Origin: Lentimicrobiaceae bacterium
GTDB lineage: Bacteria; Bacteroidota; Bacteroidia; Bacteroidales; WCHB1-69
Direction: 5' to 3'
NCBI GenBank assembly: GCA_009787485.1
Contig: WQWP01000003.1
Span: 1 to 42,075 of the forward strand
Length of the DNA: 42,075 nucleotides
Below, piece after piece: positions 1 through 5,064 of the stretch. Both the position numbers and the translations under genes were made by a program. Position 1 is the stretch's first letter, and every line of letters begins with the position of its first letter. The notes under the pieces are model-generated. The model made no database searches. It was not told where the DNA came from and worked only from the letters and a program-made list of their open reading frames with translations.

Positions 1-29
1 ATTGTAGTTTTATGGCATCAAAAAAATGC

Positions 30-37
30 TATTTTTG
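30..37 (+). promoter_or_regulatory. Bacteroidota sigmaA -7 box (TATTTTTG) for the tRNA
   Basis: TAnnTTTG consensus 26 nt upstream of the tRNA 5' end. Confidence 0.65.
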
Positions 38-63
38 CAGCCGTTTTTCAAGTGCGAAAAACC

Positions 64-137
64 GGTCCCTTAGCTCAGACGGTTAGAGCATCTGACTCAT
101 AATCAGGGGGTCCTTGGTTCGATTCCAAGAGGGACCA
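64..137 (+). tRNA. tRNA with CAT anticodon, most likely tRNA-Ile2 (lysidine type); elongator Met not excluded
   Basis: Acceptor stem GGTCCCT/AGGGACC, D arm TAGCTCAGACGGTTAGAGC, anticodon loop CT-CAT-AA (CAT at 98-100), T arm GGTTCGATTCC; resembles E. coli ileX-type tRNAs; CCA not encoded. Confidence 0.9.
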
Positions 138-138
138 C
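95..138 (+). repeat. attL core repeat
   Basis: ACTCATAATCAGGGGGTCCTTGGTTCGATTCCAAGAGGGACCAC; 43/44 identical to 7775-7818. Confidence 0.95.
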
Positions 139-151
139 AAATGAAAATAAG

Positions 152-182
152 ACAGTTACAAAAACCCTGTAACTGTTTTTTT
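152..182 (+). terminator. Intrinsic terminator after the tRNA, supplied by the element
   Basis: ACAGTTACA-7 nt loop-TGTAACTGT followed by a T run. Confidence 0.75.
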
Positions 183-190
183 ATTGCTCC

Positions 191-208
191 TGAACAAATT
201 TTGAACAA
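191..208 (+). repeat. Putative integrase arm-type site pair (left)
   Basis: TGAACAAATTTTGAACAA, identical to 7629-7646; itself a tandem of TGAACAA. Confidence 0.7.
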
Positions 209-382
209 ACAAATCGTCTCAGTTAGTTTTTCAGGATGATTTCCTATTTTAATTCAAACCGTATTCCCGATATTTTTTCATAAAAATTGTTAAAAAACCG
301 CAACCATTGCAAATTAGTGGATATACATTTTATAATGAGGGGAAGATTCCCCCCTCAGAAATAATATAAACACACACACACC

Positions 383-1624
383 ATGTACAAAACAAAAGAA
401 GAAAGATTGTATTTTTTACAAGATTATCAAAATTTTGATGACATTTATTTAAAACACAGAGACGCAAATTTCAACAAAGGTAATCCACGAAAATATATCA
501 GATGTTCAAAAGAAAGTATTTTAAATTCCAAAATTATAATTTTTAAAAATCAAAAATTCAATTATCTTTGTTTGGACTGCGACAAAGGTATTAGCAAATT
601 AAATGATGAAATTATTGATTTTCTTAATCAGTATAACATAGTTTATTTTATCACACAGGGAAGTTGGACAGAGGGAAAACCGACAGACTCGGCAACGTTA
701 TGTATTCAATATAAAAATTTCAACAACGAAATTCGCAAAAAATTGAACAGACTTTTTATAGTTGTTTCGAGACTTGACGGTGAAATGACATGTGATCCGT
801 TGGCAATTGGAGATCAGATGAAATCGGTTTTCACATATCAAATGGAAAGTAAGTATTACAATAGAGAGGGTGGAAACGTTTTTGATTTAGAGAGATTGAA
901 TGAAATTGCATATTCACATTTTAATAAAAATTGGGATGAGGTAAATCGTTTGGCAAATCAATATAGAAGTGAATCGTATTATCAGAAATATAGAGCAATG
1001 AGAGAGAAAGATTTTGAGGGTATTTGTTTTAGCAAGTTGGAAAAGTATTATCAATATATGAGCAAACACAATTACAATAATTGGTTATTTATTCAAAAAG
1101 AAATTGATGAAGATTTTAATTTGATAATGAAAAAATACAAATCACTGCCATTAGCAAAGAAAATACAAACCGTCCATAAAAAAACATTAATTAGAGATTA
1201 TGTTTTGATAAATTGGTGTAAATGTGATGGTTATACGGAAGATTTAAAATTTTTTGCCGATTTATTGAAGAAAAAATTTAAGATAACATCAAAGAGACAG
1301 ATTTACAAAGTTGCGAAAGAAAAAGAAATACAACCATTCAATATAAGTTCCAAGTATTTAGATTATGTTTCTTTGATTAATGACGAACATTTAATAACAA
1401 TAAAAGACAAATTAAACGATTGCAAAACAAAGACAAGAAAACGTATAAAACCAACAAAGAAACACAAAGAACACAAAAACAAAGGGAAAGTTACAATGTA
1501 TTTTATAGAGAAGAACGGAAAGATTAAAGAAGTAAAATCAAATGAGAAGTCTGCATATTTAAAAAGAGGGTGGACGATTGTTGTAAAACCGCAACTTTTG
1601 CAAAGAGACGAATATACATTATAA
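383..1624 (+). CDS. Putative replication initiator (Replicase/ColE2-type AEP-like N-terminus, basic C-terminal tail)
   Basis: 413 aa; LCLDCD (DxD motif); CDPLAIGDQMKSV resembles the Replicase DPGYSGxxxKNP motif; first gene of the rep-xis-int cluster. Confidence 0.55.
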   Translation: MYKTKEERLYFLQDYQNFDDIYLKHRDANFNKGNPRKYIRCSKESILNSKIIIFKNQKFNYLCLDCDKGISKLNDEIIDFLNQYNIVYFITQGSWTEGKPTDSATLCIQYKNFNNEIRKKLNRLFIVVSRLDGEMTCDPLAIGDQMKSVFTYQMESKYYNREGGNVFDLERLNEIAYSHFNKNWDEVNRLANQYRSESYYQKYRAMREKDFEGICFSKLEKYYQYMSKHNYNNWLFIQKEIDEDFNLIMKKYKSLPLAKKIQTVHKKTLIRDYVLINWCKCDGYTEDLKFFADLLKKKFKITSKRQIYKVAKEKEIQPFNISSKYLDYVSLINDEHLITIKDKLNDCKTKTRKRIKPTKKHKEHKNKGKVTMYFIEKNGKIKEVKSNEKSAYLKRGWTIVVKPQLLQRDEYTL

Positions 1625-1682
1625 AGGGAAACCAAAGAAAAATTATTGTATATTACACACATAAAATAAAAACATATCAATT

Positions 1683-1979
1683 ATGAGAACAACAGATGAA
1701 AAATTCGTTGTACAATTGACGGTACAACAATTAAAAGAAATTATTTGCGAAGTAATCGCAACATCATTCACAGCAAACACATTGCCAAAATATGAATCAA
1801 CGGCAACGGAACGTGGCAAAAAATTGACTGGACTAAGAGAATTATCAAAACACATCGGTTGCGGTGTGAATAGTGCATTAAAAATCAAAAATGAGGGGAA
1901 AGTTCCATATTCAAAAATTGGCAATAGATTTTATTTTTATTCAAATGAGGTGGATATTGCATTACAACATACGGTATAG
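1683..1979 (+). CDS. Excisionase-like HTH protein (DUF3853/HTH_17-like)
   Basis: LTVQQLKEII N-terminus and LTGLRELSKHIGC...VPYSKIGNRFYF winged-HTH pattern; immediately upstream of the integrase. Confidence 0.8.
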   Translation: MRTTDEKFVVQLTVQQLKEIICEVIATSFTANTLPKYESTATERGKKLTGLRELSKHIGCGVNSALKIKNEGKVPYSKIGNRFYFYSNEVDIALQHTV

Positions 1980-2027
1980 TTTTATCGTATTTTTAATTAA
2001 TACAGTCAAAAAAATAAAAAGAATACA

Positions 2028-3332
2028 ATGAAAAAACAGTCAAAGAAAAGTATTGATATTCATAACAAGGAAAGAATACCCGCAATAGAAGAAAGAAATA
2101 TTGGTGGTGTGGGAATAAGATTGATGTATGATACCAGAAATTACAAAAAAGAAGATAGGTGTCTTATTGCCGTTTGTGTAACATATTCATACAAAAGATG
2201 GTATTATCCAACCGGAACGAATTCATCCCTTGATGACTATCTCCGTATAGTAAATGCAGGAACACAGGGAAAATGGTGTGAGATGAAGAAAGATTTAGTT
2301 CGATATTTTAATTATGTAGAAACGGCTGTAAAAGAGTTGATTACAGACGGATTTTCATTAGAAAAATTAAAAGAACGTATTGGAAAGGGAAGCAAAATTG
2401 CCAAAACAGATTTATTCGGTTATTGGGAGGAGATTGCCGAGACGAAACGAAAATATAGAACAAAACAAGGTTATTTAGGTTCATTAAATTCATTCAAAAA
2501 ATTTCGCAATAATGTGAATTTAATGGTAGGGGATGTTACCGAGACGATGATTGAAGATTGGAAAGAGGAAATGGAAAGTATAGGAAATGGGAATACGACA
2601 CAAGCAATTTATTTGCGAAGTTTAAGAGCAATTTTGAATTGTGCAATAGCAGATAATATTATTACGAAAAAACCAAAAATCATATTTCCTGTAAGTAGCA
2701 GACGGACAGATAATTTCATTCCTGTAGCAGATATTTTGAAATTAAAATCGTTTGTTGCTCCTGATGATTGGACAAATGCAGAAAAAAAATGTATTCAGAG
2801 AGCAATTGATTGGTGGTTAATATTATATTGCTGCAATGGATGCAATACGGTTGATTTGGCAGAGTTAAAATGGAATGATAATTATTTTTATGACAATGAA
2901 TTATCGTTCATTAGAAGTAAGATAAGGAGCAAAAAAGAGATAGAGGTAAAAATACCAGTTATACCCGAATTAAAAGAGTTATTGAAAAAATACGGTAGTA
3001 TTCCCGAAAAAAACAAATTAGTATTTCCTCAAATTTTAAGAGATGCAGCAACCGAAAAACAAAAGGTTGACCGTATTCACGGTTTCAATAAAAAGATGAT
3101 TAGAAAATGGTTAGTTTTGCCGTGTGAAAAATTAGGTATTAGAAACATTGGTGCACAATTTGCCCGAAATTCGTTTATTACGACCCTCACACATCACGGA
3201 GTATCAGATAGTTACATTGATCGTGCAGTGGGACATACGGATAACCTTTTGCGAGGTTATCAAGGTGGGTTTTCAAAAAAGAAACGATATGAGTTTAATA
3301 GTCAATTATTTATAGACCCTGAATTAGATTAA
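2028..3332 (+). CDS. Tyrosine site-specific integrase, Bacteroidota type (arm-binding, SAM-like and catalytic domains)
   Basis: YYPTG arm-domain motif, YLRSLRAILNCA core-binding motif, NGCNTVDL, FIRSK, ARNSF, VGHT and LRGY catalytic region. Confidence 0.9.
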   Translation: MKKQSKKSIDIHNKERIPAIEERNIGGVGIRLMYDTRNYKKEDRCLIAVCVTYSYKRWYYPTGTNSSLDDYLRIVNAGTQGKWCEMKKDLVRYFNYVETAVKELITDGFSLEKLKERIGKGSKIAKTDLFGYWEEIAETKRKYRTKQGYLGSLNSFKKFRNNVNLMVGDVTETMIEDWKEEMESIGNGNTTQAIYLRSLRAILNCAIADNIITKKPKIIFPVSSRRTDNFIPVADILKLKSFVAPDDWTNAEKKCIQRAIDWWLILYCCNGCNTVDLAELKWNDNYFYDNELSFIRSKIRSKKEIEVKIPVIPELKELLKKYGSIPEKNKLVFPQILRDAATEKQKVDRIHGFNKKMIRKWLVLPCEKLGIRNIGAQFARNSFITTLTHHGVSDSYIDRAVGHTDNLLRGYQGGFSKKKRYEFNSQLFIDPELD

Positions 3333-3599
3333 TACATTATCGCTATATTTATGCAATTTTGCAAAAGAAAGTAGTTTGTTGTAATTATTTTCGGTTGTAA
3401 TAATTGTATAGGAGTTTGCATCAATTTTAATCGGTTTTAATTCCCCACGACAGATTAGGAGTATCATTTTATCCAACATGGCAATTAGTCCATCGTCGTT
3501 TTTAATATATTCATCAGAATACAAAACATATTTTTTCGTTGCACCCTCATTGACATTTTCGTTAAGAAAATTATCAAATGTTGTATATCCTTTAATCAT
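3324..3599 (-). CDS. Small hypothetical protein with a phage internal-head-protein-like leader
   Basis: 91 aa; starts MIKGYTTFDNFLNENVNE; convergent with and overlapping the end of the integrase. Confidence 0.65.
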   Translation of the reverse strand: MIKGYTTFDNFLNENVNEGATKKYVLYSDEYIKNDDGLIAMLDKMILLICRGELKPIKIDANSYTIITTENNYNKLLSFAKLHKYSDNVLI

Positions 3600-3642
3600 A
3601 GTAACCGTATTTTTTGTATATATCCCAATTTAAAATTTCATG

Positions 3643-3650
3643 TATTTTTG
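3643..3650 (+). promoter_or_regulatory. Putative TAnnTTTG -7 promoter box
   Basis: TATTTTTG followed by CACC, just upstream of the base-paired region 3710-3864. Confidence 0.45.
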
Positions 3651-3709
3651 CACCCTGATTATAAACGAAAATTTATTGCATTATGACGTAGAAATAGTCT
3701 GAAAAATTT

Positions 3710-3864
3710 AATAGTGATTTGCTATTATTCTTCCATCCAATTACGACATTAATTTATTCTTTACGGAATGATTTTGTAAATCATCAAAAAGATGAGGAAC
3801 AATTTTGCTGAAAGATATGTGTCGTAACATGGATGGCAGCAAAATTTGTTCCTCACTATTTTTT
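3710..3864 (+). ncRNA. Candidate structured RNA or attenuator leader with interlocking helices
   Basis: 3733-3748 pairs with 3820-3836; 3793-3810 pairs with 3837-3855; 3710-3717 pairs with 3853-3860; T run follows. Confidence 0.45.
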
Positions 3865-3955
3865 AATAAGTTTCAATGTGAGTACAAAAATAATAAAAAA
3901 ATAAATGGAGTTGCCGATAGCCAAAAGTGGAGGCAAAATTTTAAATTTATACAAT

Positions 3956-4180
3956 ATGGTAACGTTTTATGTAGTAAAAGATTATGAAACACCGGAACAT
4001 GCAGGTGCAAGTGGTTTATTTCAATTGATTACAGTTAGTATTCATCGTGATGATGATGAAATTGATGATGTAACAAATGAAGTTGATTCGGGTAAATTTT
4101 TTAGGGATGATGAAGAATTAAAAAAATATTTTTCAAAAGTATTTGAAATAGAAGAGGATATAATGATTGCGGAAGACTAA
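3956..4180 (+). CDS. Small, very acidic hypothetical protein (74 aa; ORF track starts it at 3905)
   Basis: ATG 3956 preceded by an A/T-rich initiation region; 21 D/E versus 7 K/R by manual count. Confidence 0.6.
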   Translation: MVTFYVVKDYETPEHAGASGLFQLITVSIHRDDDEIDDVTNEVDSGKFFRDDEELKKYFSKVFEIEEDIMIAED

Positions 4181-4370
4181 AAAAATTGTTGAAAAAACCG
4201 ATTTATTCGGTGTGATGATTGGTGTTGTGGGTAGGTATGGAGTCAGCAATGAATGATGTTGTGTGTTTAAAACATGTAAATTACATTTGTTTGTTGTATT
4301 ACAATATGTTAGCGGACATGTGTGGGTAAGTGATATGATGTAACGACGTGCAAAAAATTATTATTGATTT

Positions 4371-4386
4371 AAAAAAAAAAAAAAAA
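4371..4386. repeat. Homopolymer A16
   Basis: 16 consecutive A. Confidence 0.9.
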
Positions 4387-4480
4387 CGATGTATAAATGA
4401 TATCATAATTATTGATATTCTTTATTATTAAATTCTAAATAACAACACAAGTCATTGAACCAAAGCAAATTATTTTTTAT

Positions 4481-5064
4481 TTTGAATTTGGCGAAAATAT
4501 GAAATTATCAATTTAAAAACGAACAATATGAAAAAGAGAAGGAAACAGTTTGACTTGGAAGTTCAAAACGTAGGTGATGTTTTTTGGATCGGGTACACAA
4601 AGACACCCGAAGACTTACACTGTGATTTTGAATTTAACTTCCGTCAGGGACTGTTTCCTTTTTATTTTAAGGTTGCAAAAATAGGAAATTATCAATTAAT
4701 AACAAACAAAAACAAAATGGGAGTGTTTCGACTGAGAACCCCCTTCGAAGTAGTTAACACCTCTCAGTTACAAGACTGTAACTTTTCATGGAACAGTGCA
4801 ATGTTTTATAGTTTAAGTTCTGTTTACTTTACTCCCATGTTTTTGTTTTAATTTGAAATGCAAATGAAAAAACCGGAAATTTTGTTTTATCCAACAGGTT
4901 CCACGATGTATTTAACACATTTGGGCGAGACCTTGATAATCTGCCAGTTGTGCGCAACCATAAGGTTGACAAAATGGAAAAAAAACCTTTGGTTTCCATG
5001 TTTCCGGTTTAATTTCATTTGAATTTGCAAAAATAGACATATTAATCAATTAAAAACAATAATT
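4481..5064 (+). ncRNA. Candidate array of three ~150-nt self-closing structured RNA domains separated by a repeated spacer
   Basis: Closing stems 4539-4549/4650-4660, 4704-4724/4831-4848 and 4861-4879/5001-5021 with nested helices; spacer motif G(C)AAAATA..AAATTATCAATT..AAAAAC..ATG at about 4490, 4675 and 5027. Confidence 0.5.

Noticed and set aside
3805-3987. 60-aa ORF with a TTG start
   Set aside because: It overlaps the paired region and the better-supported acidic ORF and has no recognisable features
4719-4770. TPP riboswitch (GGAGTG...CTGAGA...CCCTTCGAA)
   Set aside because: The downstream CCTGAT...AATGC..GCG half of the aptamer is absent and no thiamine gene follows; CTGAGA can instead pair with TCTCAG
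4528-4851. 107-aa ORF as a conventional protein gene
   Set aside because: No recognisable motif, and the sequence is explained by base-pairing; kept only as an upstream-ORF hypothesis
4481-5064. CRISPR array or integron attC cassettes
   Set aside because: Repeats are degenerate, spacers are about 150 nt and self-paired, there is no cas gene, and no RYYYAAC/GTTRRRY ends or integron integrase are evident
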